A stretch of DNA of 64,000 nt, taken from assembly GCF_009914755.1 (NCBI RefSeq), contig NC_060933.1; one strand, 5' to 3'. The DNA comes from the human T2T-CHM13v2.0 reference genome, Homo sapiens. Positions 1 to 13,185 of this stretch are shown here, one piece after another. How positions within the stretch are numbered: the first letter of the stretch is position 1; each line of letters opens with the position of its first letter. The notes under the pieces are model-generated. The model did not search any database, had not been told where the DNA came from, and worked only from the letters and a program-made list of their open reading frames with translations. The position numbers and the translations under genes were made by a program.

Positions 1-199
1 TCTGTTACCAGTGAAAACACCCAACAAGGTGCCCTGGGACTCTGGCCATTGCTGGACAGTTTGGGAAGTATCCCCCACAAACAGGGGCTAACACAAGCTC
101 GGGGGCCCCCAGGGCTCAGAGACAGAAAAGGAGAGATCAACAGGTGTGCACTCATGAGGAGACACGCACCTCCCACTAAGGTGCACTGCTCTTCCTTAC

Positions 200-313
200 C
201 GTTCAGCCAAGGGATTGCATATTCTGTCCTCAGAGGACTGTGGGAAGAATTTCGGGAGATGATGGGTTCACTTCCCAAAAAATTATACGACGTCCCCGAA
301 TAAAGTTCTCCAT
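200..313 (-). CDS. SEMA4D: SEMA4D coding exon 6 (114 nt; [38 protein letters not shown])
   Basis: Acceptor gcccctgcAG; donor ACG|GTAAGG; Sema motif DGELYSGT; cumulative CDS 622 nt, in frame. Confidence 0.97.
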
Positions 314-504
314 CTGCAGGGGCCCAGAAGAAAAGAGGAAAAGGGAACCAACCTCTCAGGCTATGGCACCAACACTGGGACAAACATTCAACACGGTGTT
401 TTCCTTTATAACCCAATTAAGTCCCTGCCTGGGGAAAGGGAAAGACAGTCTCCTCAACTTTTGGGGTGTCCTGTGTCTTCTAGTTCTTTCTTTTTCGAGA
501 TGAG

Positions 505-855
505 GTTTTTTTGTTTTGTTTTGAGACAGAGTCTCACTCTGTCACCCAGGCTGGAGTGCAGTGGTGCGATCTTGGCTCACTGCCACCTCCACCTCCCAGT
601 TCAAGCAATTCTCCTGCCTCAACCTCCCAAGCAGCTTGGACTACAGGTGCGCGCCACCATGTCTGGCTAATTTTTACATTTTTTGGTAGAGATGGGGTTT
701 AACCCTGTTGACCAGCTGGTCTTGAACTCCTGACCTCAAGTGATCGAGGCATGAGCCACTGAGCCTGGCTTGAGATGAGTTCTTGCTGTTTCCCAGGCTG
801 GTCTCAAACTCCTGTCCTCCCGCCTGAGCCTCCCGAGTAGCTAGGACCACAGGTG
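505..855 (-). mobile_element. Alu with internal deletion (505-770) plus an adjacent partial Alu fragment (771-855)
   Basis: GAGACAGAGTCTCACTCTGTCACCCAGGCTGGAGTGCAGTGG...; the CCCAAAGTGCTGGGATT segment is missing. Confidence 0.9.
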
Positions 856-1338
856 TGCTCTCACTTTGATGGGGATAATTTCATGCTCCATGTTCAGCTG
901 CATTTTAAGAGTCATGGGGCAATAAGTAAACATGAGCAAGGAATTCCCACATCCAGGAAAATGCTGGCAGATGCAACAGTGGGTACACACCAGGCTATGA
1001 CCACTTGCTCAGAGGTGAGAGACCACTGCAGACAGCATGTGGCTCAGTCAAAACCTTACTCTCAAACAGGAGCATCTGCTCAGCACGCGGGGATTATCCA
1101 AATGACATGAGCCAGCAATGGATACAAAGTGACGTTTACCATGGCGGCTATTATCCTTGCAAACAATGAATTCAAAAGTTAAAGGGTCTATGCAGTCACA
1201 TGTGCCTTTTGTAAGGATAGCTCCTATTTAAACAAAGCCAAGGAAGACAGCACTTCAGAGAAGATCCAAATATCCTGTTTGGTAATTAACATGCCACTGT
1301 AATCTTCACGGTGAAGGAACTGGAGGGGCAGGACTCAC

Positions 1339-1432
1339 CAACCATGACGGATGTGTAGCTGTGTGCTGGGTCAAAGGGACATCTTCCTTTGCCATCTTCA
1401 TTTTTCCCCAGAAACTTAAAGGATGTTAAGTT
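1339..1432 (-). CDS. SEMA4D: SEMA4D coding exon 5 (94 nt; NLTSFKFLGKNEDGKGRCPFDPAHSYTSVMV)
   Basis: Acceptor ctctcttttattcaattgtAG; donor TTG|GTGAGT; Sema motif GKGRCPFDP. Confidence 0.97.
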
Positions 1433-2920
1433 CTACAATTGAATAAAAAGAGAGCACATCATCAGATGGCTGAATTTCTATAGTAACAATGTGTCTCTGT
1501 ACCACTTCATTTTACAAATTTGCTCTTCTCGGAAGACCAACAGGGCCGAGCAGATAGGTGTGGAGCTACAGGAGTCCCGCCCACTAGGGCCAGGGCTTGT
1601 GTTGCTCAGCTCAGGTCTAGACATCAGCACCTTGGTGCCCTTGCTCCGTTGCCCTGGCCAAGCTTCTCAAGATCTCAGACCCTCAATTTACTCATCTGCA
1701 AAATGGAAATGGCAACGCTGATGGCTCTAGGGCTGGAAAGCCACCAGGATAAACCCAACACAGGACGTGCTCAGTATGTAATCGGAAGCCCATGAGCAGA
1801 ATTTTAACATCAATAAAGACGGCATTCTAAGCAGCTAGGTGACCCAATAAATAGGAAGCAGAAAAACATAAACAGGCAGAATCTCTACGTCGCTCCACCC
1901 ACCAAAACACACTCCAGATGGATCAACCATCTGAATACTAAAAACAGAACCGCACTGTACTAAAACAGAGCAGGGGCTGGCGTTTCCATCTGGGGGTCCT
2001 CTCTTTACCTGGCCAGAGTGCCCACAGCCACATGAGGAAAACAATGCACAGATCCAACCACAGAGAGAACTGGAAAGTTCCACATGGGGAAATAATACGG
2101 CAAGGTTAAATATGTGACAAACTGGGGGAAATGCCTACAGAATGGCAGATGAGGTGTCTCCATCCCTGAACATGTGAGAAGTGTGGACAAACGAGTGAGA
2201 AAGGGCATCCAGGAGAAAAACAGGCAAAATCCAGCAAGTGACAGAAGAAACCCATCTGGACAGCACAGACGAGAGAGGGGCTGAGCCTGCCGGGAACCAG
2301 AGAGCACACAGAACACGCGTGGGGATGCCACTTTGCAGCCAACAGCCTGGGCATGCTGAAGACAGGCAGGGCCCACGGCGGGGCAAGGGCACCCAGCACC
2401 TCTGCTGCAGGAGGCTGGCTGGAAACACGCTCTCGGAAGCAGAGCAGGAAGGCTCAGACCACGTGGAAGGCCGCAGCTGACACCCTTGAAAGGCCAGTTA
2501 AAGCAGCACACAGCTCTTCACCTGTTAGGTTAGGGAATGTGAACCCCACTGGATGTGACCATTTAGCATACCTTGAAAGGAGGTTTCGGGGCTGTTGGGG
2601 AAATCTGAACGGGGACTGGAGACTGGATGATGCTGGGGAATGATTGAACGTTTTCTTAGATATAATGATAAAACTGAAGTTACATAGGAAAATGTTACTA
2701 TTCTTAGGAGATGCCTGTGAAGGCATTTGGGAGTCACGGGTCATAGTTCAGCAAGCACACATATGTACACAGACACACATGTGGACACATAGACATGCAC
2801 AGGCACACAGACACGTGCACACACACACTCCCAATTGTGCAATCTAGGTTGCCAGGATATACAAGTGATACATCTTTTCTGCAGCTGTGAAAACTTTTAT
2901 TAAAAATATTAGGAAAAATT

Positions 2921-3216
<296 letters not shown>

Positions 3217-4459
3217 TTAGGAAAAATTATAGGTCTAAATTTAAACCAAATACAGTATCCTCTAACCTCAACAGCTAACCTATCTACAGAATGTAAGTTT
3301 AAATGACAGAACTTTAAGCTTCTGATTGAGTTTAGCCAGAAAAATCCTTTGTTGTGCAAAATGTTTCTGGTCCAACCGTACTTTCTGCACAAAAGTAAAT
3401 ACAAACGACTGTCTTTGAGGACTGAGGGTCTTACTATCCCCAAAGCACCCCCACCCCCTATCAGGTTTCGTTGCCAGCATCTGTGGTACAGGCAGCTGGG
3501 TAGACCCCTACTATGAATCTCACCCCAGACGTCTGTGTGCAAATACCAGGCTTCCTCATCAAGTCTCTAATGAGGCCATACGTTGTCTTGTCATTTATCT
3601 CTGACTCAAGATTGGAAAATATTTTAATTCCAATTAATTTAGGGTTCTAGCAAATGATGCTTTTCACTGTGGCATATTTTACATTTATCAGGACTCATTA
3701 AAATCCAGGGATACACAGTAGAAAATGTGCTTCATTTTCCATGTTCACATGGACTTATTTAAAATGCTACTTCTCCCTCTCTGATGATCATCACATTGCT
3801 CATCAGATTATCTGGATAGAAAGGACCGTCACACAGGGGGAGGTGCCGGATACCAGGCTGGGCAGTCAAGGATGTGAGCCGGTGAGGGACAGAGGCCGGA
3901 CTTGCTTCTCAAGGTGCTCAGCACACTTGACCTGCTGCCCCTGAGTGGGTGGACCCAGGAGTGGTTCAGTGAGCAAGCTGCACACCACAGCCGACCAGAA
4001 GGGTGGGTCCCACAGCCAGAGCACAGATGCACCAACCAAGAACACACAAGCCAGGAGCAAGTCCTGACTTTTCCACCTGACCCAGATGCCCAGAGCTGCC
4101 AGGCTGTCTGTCCTTTCCAGCACGTCCCCTCACCCCATAGCATGTTCAGGCTACCTGTCCTTCCCAGCACATCCCCAATGCCATGTTCAGGCTGTCTGTA
4201 CTTTCCAGCACGCCCCTCCATGGCATGCTCTGCACTAGCACCAAGGGCTCCCAGCACCTTGAGCTGCACCCCAGGCCTCACCCTTGGCCATGGACACCGA
4301 AACTTAGAGGAGCCAAGTGGGCTGTGTGCCCCTGACAGCAGCTGTGCAAGACTTTCAGAGGGGCCACAAGCTGCCCCCGTTTTCTGCAGCTGGCTCTGAG
4401 AAAATCCTATTTTTTTTTAGGGTGGAGACAGCTTTACGTCTGCTTTGAGCCCCCTTCTA

Positions 4460-4669
<210 letters not shown>

Positions 4670-5790
4670 TCAAACTGCTCACGCCGTTCATCTCAGGGGC
4701 ACAGACCCACATTCACCAACACCAGCTCACAGGTGGCCCCAGGCCAACGAGGCATGTGTGCATTCTCAGCCTTGTCTTGTCATCTAGACCCTCTGCAACT
4801 CCTCTTCACACACTGGCCTGTTCTCGTACAGTGGAAGGTTCACTGAGACCCCAACCCCACCCCTAGGCAAACCTAAAGCTGAAACTGGCCTGAGTAATTG
4901 TGTCTCTGCAGTGTCCACATGCTGTTCAGGTGCCAAACAGGATTTTGTTTCAGTCCCTAATTGATACTCAGCAAAGATGTGGTGACTGAAAAAAAACTCA
5001 ATGAATGCTTACCTCAAATCTTACTGGGACACCCACTGTTGAAAGCAATATATTTTACTCTTGCTAAGTACGTGGACCACTTGTTCTGTTGCCAGGCCTG
5101 GAGAAGTGTCCACCCTACAGAATTTCCTCTCTGTTTCTGGAGACCCCACCCTGCCTCCAACTTGCACAGAACTAGGAACAGCGACACTAGGTCTACCCAA
5201 CCCAGGGTCCCAGTCCAGCCCCCATGGGAGTGGCTGCACTAGGAGAGCCTGGAGCCCGGCTTGGCATCAGAAAGGCCCAAGCAGGAAAACAAAGATACCA
5301 TTTCAGAACCCACTATTTTAGGCTAAAAGTACTTGCGTTACATGTGCTATAGTCTGAAATTATCCCAGATTAGGAGAGTTCTCTTTTTTAGACTGGTTGG
5401 AAGTAATTCACTATTCACCCCAACCCACCTGCACACCCCCGGAAACCGGAGCTACACTGCACCACCTGCTTTTCCTCTCATTTCCTAATCTAACTTTGGA
5501 TTTAGAGACAAAGACTTCAGTGCAAGTGTTTAGCATTTTGCTAAGAAAGTTTAGCATAGACTTCTTTGGGTTTTCTTTCTTTTTTTGCCTTTAACTCAGC
5601 TTGTCTTGACCACCATTGAGGAAGAATGCCCAGTGCCAGGTAGGGACATGATGGCTCAGAGGGTGATGAGGGTAACCTAGAGCTGCAGACGGGAATGAGT
5701 ATTCGGCCCAGGGCTCCCTGAATGAGTACCACACTGAGGGGCCTGAGGGACCAAAGGGACGGACGTGTGCCAAGAATCCAAAAGTCCCAG

Positions 5791-6663
5791 TGATAGAGAA
5801 AGGAGCCAGAGAAAGTCTAGGCAGACAGGGGCAGGTCCCTGGCAAAACCCCACATGTGAGCCAAAAAGCCTAAAACCCGCAGCCCAGAGTGAGAACTTCT
5901 ATCCCTGTTTGCCCGCCGTCTCCCGATTGGTTCTTTCTGAACATCTTTTTACAATCAGATGTTGCCTTTTCCGAAACTACCCACAGCCCACCCTGCCCTC
6001 ATCCTGTGCCTATAAGAGCCCAGACTCAGTTGATAGAGAAGAGAAGGTGCTGGACTAGAGAGAGGTGACTTGACTTCAGAGGGATGGCTGGATTTTGGAG
6101 AAATGGCTTAACTTTGGAGAAGAGCCGGCCAGAGCTGGCCAGACTTCAGGGAAGATTATTTGCTCGTCCTGTTCCCTCTCAAGCTCCCATCTCCGCTGAG
6201 AGCCACTTCCAACACTAAACAAAATTCTCTGACTCCACCATCCTTTAAGTGTCCATGCAACCTCATTCTTCTTGGATGCCGGACAAGAGCTCAGGACCCT
6301 GAGTGTGTGTACCCAAAAAAGGCTGTCATACTGGCCCTTTGCCCTCACTGGCAGAGGACAGCTGTCCCACACAATGAGAAAAGGGGCCCACTGAGCTTAT
6401 AACACACCACTGTCCATGGAGAGCAGAGATAAGAGAGCACTGTAACGCACCCTCTGGGGCTGCGGGGGTCACAGGCACCCCAACCTGGGTGCCACCCTCA
6501 GGGCTCACACAAAGCCTGCTCCTGCTGGCACCCAAAACAGCTGGCCAGATCCCACACTTGCTCACTCATGTGCTCCCTCCTGCAAGAGGTTGAGCACAGC
6601 AGGCCGAATAAATGGGGCATCTCTGTCGCAAGTCCAACGAAGGGGTTGAGAAAAACTGCATGA
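5791..6663 (+). mobile_element. ERV1-class solo LTR (LTR27/LTR28/LTR1-like)
   Basis: Begins TGATAGAGAAAGGAG, ends AAAAACTGCATGA; inverted CCAAT (ATTGG ~5926) and TATAA (~6011); 4-bp near-TSD CCAG/CTAG; subfamily from memory. Confidence 0.75.
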
Positions 6664-7052
6664 CTAGCAACTCCTCCAAGCCTAAGGCCTCTGGGTGCAA
6701 GGAAGCAGAACAAACCCTGAATTTCTGCACTATTCACCAGTGGGCTTCACTATTCACCAGTGTTCTGTAGTCAAAGTTTCAGGCCATCTGAATACATTCA
6801 ATTCATATAAACTTTAAAAAAGTATTTCTCAAAGGCCAAATATGTTTGGCACCTGCTTTGAGAAACCCAATCCTGATACTCAGGAATAGAGGGATGAGCT
6901 CCAAGACGCATCACAACAAAACCAAGCCCAGCAGAATGAACAGAGCCTGGAGAAAAGGCTGGCCTGCACTGCAGGCATGCTGGCATTCAGTAGATTAAAA
7001 CAACCAAGAAATACTTGAATGGGATTCTTTGTAGCTTGCAAAAGAAATTTAC

Positions 7053-7115
7053 CTGTTTTGATTTCCCCTTTTCTGCACATTTTGCTTTTTTGTCTTCTGA
7101 GACCTTCCAATACAC
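7053..7115 (-). CDS. SEMA4D: SEMA4D coding exon 3 (63 nt; VYWKVSEDKKAKCAEKGKSKQ)
   Basis: Acceptor ccaacAG; donor CAG|GTAAAT; phase 0/0; lies within ORF 6987..7178. Confidence 0.96.
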
Positions 7116-7479
7116 CTGTTGGGATAGAGTCCATATCAGTGCATATTCTTTTAAAGAGATACTAGTATAAAAATGCACAATTTTAAAAGCACATGATAGA
7201 GTTTAGAGCCTAGAGGTTTCTCCTGAGATGATCAATTCTCAGACTGCAAGGGAGGTTCAGAGAGCAGGGGAGCAGCCTGGGGCCTTCATGAACATCCTCA
7301 CTGTGATCCTTATCCTGAAACCAGTGGAGTCTGGAAGACCAGCTCCAAAAGTTCCATCACTCACCATAAAACAGCAGCAAAAATCAAACTCGTGAAAGTG
7401 GAGAAAATTAAATTATTTTTCAAAAACCTAAACCATAAGTATTTTCAAACATCAAAGTGGGCTTTTTTCCATCCATTCA

Positions 7480-7875
<396 letters not shown>

Positions 7876-8829
7876 TTACGATTCCTTAAACTTGCATGTT
7901 GGCAGCAGGAGGAAGTGATGAACTAACACCACCAGCTCAGCTCAGGCACCATCTTAGTAAGATCCATGTTCCTACCACCTCTTCTTTCAAACCAGGGACA
8001 ATTCGTGATCAGAAACTTCCAGGGGGTGGGGGCCTTAGCCCCTTGCCCTCCAAAGCCCCCACAGAATAGAAAGCAACATAAGACAAAAGGGAAGGTTTCT
8101 ATATCTATCTCTGCCTCACCTTCCCCAAAATGCCCCCTCTCTCTGTGATGTTCCATAACTGATGCAAAAGAAACCAGTAACAATGTATTTTTCTCCACCA
8201 AAAGGCTTGTAGCAGGTGTCAGGACTCAGAGGTTAGGAAGCACACAGGGCTTCTAGGAGGGAGAGTATGAGGAGAGGAACCCCACTTTAGGTTTCTAACT
8301 AACTCTGTGAGTTCCTGAACAGCACCCAGGCTGCAGACACAGTACTAAGGGAGTGTCATTTCATAGAAATGGAAGTCCTGATAGGGGCACACAAAAGCGG
8401 AACAGAGTCTCATTTAAAATAGCCACTTCCTTCAGCATTTAAAGTACAGATGATTTCGTCAACTCGCATGAAATGCATAAGGACAAGGGAACGTACACTT
8501 CAACAGACTCTTGATCACGTTTGCAGGGATTTTCACTGATGCTTGGCGGGGGTCTCTTTATTTTTTTCTTTTAAGTATAAGAGGTCCCCAAGCCTCTCCC
8601 CAACCCCGAGGGACCACCATGGTGTCATTAACAGAGCAATGTCTGGCTCTCACTGAACACCTGTGGGGCCAGCACAAACACACTGTCCACAATTCCCCCA
8701 AGACCGAGTGTGAGCCTGTGTGGTCAGGAAGGCGCTCAGAGGAAGAGAATTTAACAGACACGCGAAGAGTAAGAGCTGAGTGAGGTGAGACCACCACATC
8801 TTTCTGCTCAGAGTGCCTCACAGTGCTGA

Positions 8830-9134
<305 letters not shown>

Positions 9135-9843
9135 AAATACTTGTTTTCAGAGCATAATGCTCAGAGCTCATTTATGTGTCAAACAGAAATTGAGAAATAA
9201 GCTAGACCCTGGAGATGAAAACAAAAAGAGATCTGGGCAGAAAATGTCCAGCGTGAACCTGGAACAGATTCCAGAGAGCAAGAAAACTAACCCCACACCG
9301 CGAGGTCTCAGGAGCCAACCCAAACAGGCTGCTGTTGACCATGGATGCGACGATTTGAGCATGAGGTAGGTGTTTCACTGTGATCGGTCAAAGAAGAGCA
9401 AATATCTTTAAATCTATGACTTCATTGTGACACTAAAAATCAATCAAAAAACTCACTCTTGCCCTTCAGAGGGGAAACTGACTCATTAACTCATTATTCT
9501 GAAAACTGGTAAATAAAGGCAAAGATTCCAAGCATCGATTCTGCATTTCCCAAAGGAAATGGGACCTCTACGGACCAAAATAGCTGGTGATGGGCACTTC
9601 CCCTTTTATACGATTTCCAGCTAACAAGTAGAGAAGGAGAGGTAGAATCAGAACATTGCGTTTTGCAATCTTTGATGAGAAGAGCATCTAGACTTCGCTG
9701 GTCAAAGGCCACCGAGACTGAGGAGGAGGAACACCTGCCTCCATGGAGAAGCCCGCCTCACAGCCCTGAGAGGGATGAGCCTGGATCTGACACCCAGCTG
9801 GGGATGTGAAGACAGAGGTGCATGCTAAAGACACCATGAGTGG

Positions 9844-9945
9844 GGCTGGGTGTGGTGGCACATACTTACAGTCCCAGCTACTCAGGAGGCTGAGGCAAGA
9901 GGATCACTTGAGCCCAGGAGTTTGAGGCTGCAGTGAGCTACAATC
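9844..9945 (+). mobile_element. Alu monomer fragment (FLAM/FRAM-like)
   Basis: GGCTGGGTGTGGTGGCAC...GAGGATCACTTGAGCCCAGGAG. Confidence 0.75.
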
Positions 9946-10647
9946 AAATTTTAAATTCGGTTTGATTTTTTAAAATGTTTAAAGACACCGAGGAATCAGG
10001 AGCAATGTGAAGAGTGGGACATGGGATGGGCTGTGCAGAGTAGCTTTCTCAGGAAGGAAACCGAGGCTGGCTCCTAGAAGCGGAGACTGAATGGACAGGG
10101 TGACCAGCTGCAATGGATTGGGACAGCGTGGTTGCAACCTGATTCAAACTAAACGTTTGAACCAACTAAACAAGCATCATCCACAAGAGTCGGTGAAATA
10201 TGAACACTGGCTGAATGTATGATGATATAAATTTTGGAGAAGCTATTTTTGATTATTTGCACGACAAGGGGCCCTTTCCAGTAAGAGATACCCAGATGAA
10301 GAATGTGGTGTCGGGATCTGCCTCAATGCCCCAGGAGGTGGAGGGTACTGTAGGCAAGACTGAACACCCGGCCTTGCATAAGCTGCAGTGGGCACAGGGC
10401 TCATGGCATAGCTGTCTCTGCTCATAGGTATGTTTGAGATTTTTTCATAATAAAAAGTTCAAAAAAAAAAAAGCAAAGAGGGTGGTCCCCGGGTGAACTG
10501 CTGGTGGACACCCAAAGATGGGGCTGCATGGTCACAGCTACAGAATGGAGGCTCCAGGTAAGTCAGCCCCCAGCCCCACAGTGGGGCCAGGAGAGGCTGC
10601 CCACTCAAGCTGGGCTATGTGGACATGCAGGGGAGCCCAGGACGTAC

Positions 10648-10793
10648 CTCATGCTGCTTCTCGGAGATGTTGAGTGCGTTCACAGCGAAGACCGCCTCCC
10701 GGGCACCTATGTACAAGGTGTCCTTGTCCTCGCTCAGCAGCAAGGCTGAGTAGTTGTAGATGTCTGGCTCATGAAACTGCACCAGGTGCACCT
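10648..10793 (-). CDS. SEMA4D: SEMA4D coding exon 2 (146 nt; EVHLVQFHEPDIYNYSALLLSEDKDTLYIGAREAVFAVNALNISEKQHE)
   Basis: Acceptor cccacAG at 10795-10794; donor GAG|GTACGT; Sema-domain LYIGARE motif; lies within ORF 10615..10806. Confidence 0.97.
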
Positions 10794-11543
10794 CTGTGGG
10801 ATGCAAGGGCAGGGTCAGAGTGGGAGGAAGAAAAGAGCGATGGAAGCATTTTTAAACCTGAGCACATCCTAGGTCCCTGTCTCAGTGACAATGAGCACGT
10901 CTGGGTGCAGTCATGTCTCGAGGGCCATGTGTTGCTGCAACAGGCACTGCTACAGTGGAGGTGGCCTCAGTCAACGCCAGACCCACAGTGTAGCCATCAG
11001 GTGTGCTCATGGGAACCACTCACAGCCCTAGAGCTCAAGCCCGGAGCCAGTGTGCTCACTTTGAAGCTGTGAGTCGGACATCCCTTCCTGCTCCCTCAGA
11101 TCCCAGAATCCCAAACCCTGCTCTGCCAGATGCTTCCTGTGATGGCTCCCACCCTCTGCCCACCCAACTCTGGTCTACATGCCTTGTCATCCACAGATTA
11201 GGTGTACAGGAATACAATGACTTAGGATTTTCTTATTCAGGAAAAGAATGTTTTACTTCAAAATCTTCACAAAATTTCTTTTGGAGAATATATCCATCAA
11301 CGAATGCAATTCTCAGTGATCACCACCACAAACTTATAGACAGAGAAACAAGTGACGTCTCTTTGCTTATTAGGTTACTGTATCAATAGCTACTTAGGAA
11401 AATGAAGATTTGAGCAATAGCTGCTTAAGAATAATATAAATGTATCAGCATTATTTTTTTTAGGACCTGTTTCTTCAACTGTCCTGACAACAATTTGAGC
11501 ATTTTGACCTTGGCTTTTTACATATTACCAAGAGTCTGCTTTA

Positions 11544-11732
<189 letters not shown>

Positions 11733-12275
11733 TCATACTTTCTGTTCTAATTTTCCCATGTGGAAGAGAGATGCACACAGGCAGCAGGTCCTCTCTCTCA
11801 GCACAACAATGGCCTATATTGCTGACAGCTCTCAGCCACCTGCAAGCAACACCTTGCTCAGGACCCAGGGTGTAAGCTCTCAATCCACTGAGTCAGAAAC
11901 CCGGGTCCCCAGACACATCCTCCAAGAGAAGAAATAACTAAAAAAAAACTAAACAGCAGGAAAGGAAAGTAGCTGGCATGAGGCTCAGCTGCACGTAGGA
12001 CGAGCATCCTTATGATGCCTCACTGTTCTTCTCAGGCGCCTGGAGCAGACGCTCAGTGGGGCGGGTGCTTTGGCAGCACGCCGCGAACATTACTAGGTAC
12101 GAGGGAGGGAAGCTTCCTGTCAGGGGTCCCCAGATTCAGAAACCAAATCAGGAGGTCTGCACGAGCCTTGCTGAGTATCTACAGTTGTCACAGCCTCTCC
12201 CTTAGATCAGCTGAGTAGGCCTGTCTGCTCAGACAAAAGTTCTCAGAGCAGAGAATCCAACAGATCACATGCCAG

Positions 12276-13047
12276 CATCCTCAGCCACCTGCCTCAGCAT
12301 CCCAGGAAGTGGAGTCCCCATCCCGTCCCCAGCCACCCGCCTCAGCATCCCAGGAAGTGGAGTCCCCATCCCGACCTCAGCCACTCACCTCAGCATCCCA
12401 GGAAGTGGGGTCCCCATCCCGTCCCCAGCCACCCACCGCAGCATCCCAGGAAGTGGGGTCCCTGTCCCATTCTCAGCCACCCACCTCAGCATCCCAGGAA
12501 GTGGGGTCCCTGTCCCGTTCTCAGCCACTCACCTCAGCATCCCAGGAAGTGGGGTCCCCATCCCATCCTCAGCCACCCGCCTCAGCATCCCAGGAAGTGG
12601 AGTCCCCATCCCATCCCCAGTCACCCGCCTCAGCATCCCAGGAATTGGGGTCCCCATCCCATCGCCAGCCACCCACCTCAGCATCCCAGGAAGTGGGGTC
12701 CCCGTCCCGTCCTCAGCCACTCACCTCAGCATCCCAGGAAGTGGGGTCCCCATCCCGTCCTCAGCCACCCGCCTCAGCATCCCAGGAAGTGGAGTCCCCA
12801 TCCTGTCCCCAGCCACCCGCCTCAGCATTCCAGGAAGTGGGGTCCCCATCCCATCCCCAGCCACCCGCCTCAGCATCCCAGGAAGTGGGGTCCCCATCCC
12901 GTCCTCAGCCACTCACCTCAGCATCTCAGGAAGTGGAGTCCCTGTCCCGTTCCCAGCCACCCGCCTCAGCATTCCAGGAAGTGGGGTCCCTGTCCCGTCC
13001 CCAGCCACCCACCTCAGCATCCCAGGCAGTGAGGTCCCCATCCCAGG
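12276..13047. repeat. VNTR/minisatellite, ~16 x 48 bp (consensus ATCCCAGGAAGTGGGGTCCCCATCCCGTCCTCAGCCACCCGCCTCAGC)
   Basis: CCCAGGAAGT core recurs with exact 48-bp period at 12301, 12349 ... 12541 ... 12781 ... 13021; ORFs across it show a 16-aa period. Confidence 0.97.
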
Positions 13048-13079
13048 CCATCAGCACCCCTGCAGGTTTCGTCACTCAC

Positions 13080-13185
13080 CTCTGTGCTCCCAGGTGATCC
13101 GGGGTATGGGTGCAAATGCCATCGCTGTCCCAAACATCACTGCAAGGGCCATGAGCAGCCCCCTAATGGGGGTGCACATCCTCAT
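13080..13185 (-). CDS. SEMA4D: SEMA4D first coding exon, coding part (106 nt; signal peptide MRMCTPIRGLLMALAVMFGTAMA followed by FAPIPRITWEHR)
   Basis: ATG at 13185-13183; donor GAG|GTGAGT at 13080/13079; hydrophobic signal peptide; phase 1 matches the next exon. Confidence 0.97.

Noticed and set aside
461-702. Alu-derived ORFs (also at 7477-7854, 8808-9128, 46342-46968 and 59808-60449)
   Set aside because: Typical Alu translations ([25 protein letters not shown]), not genes
12276-13047. CRISPR-like regular repeat array
   Set aside because: Units are head-to-tail with no unique spacers, there are no cas genes, and the context is a eukaryotic intron
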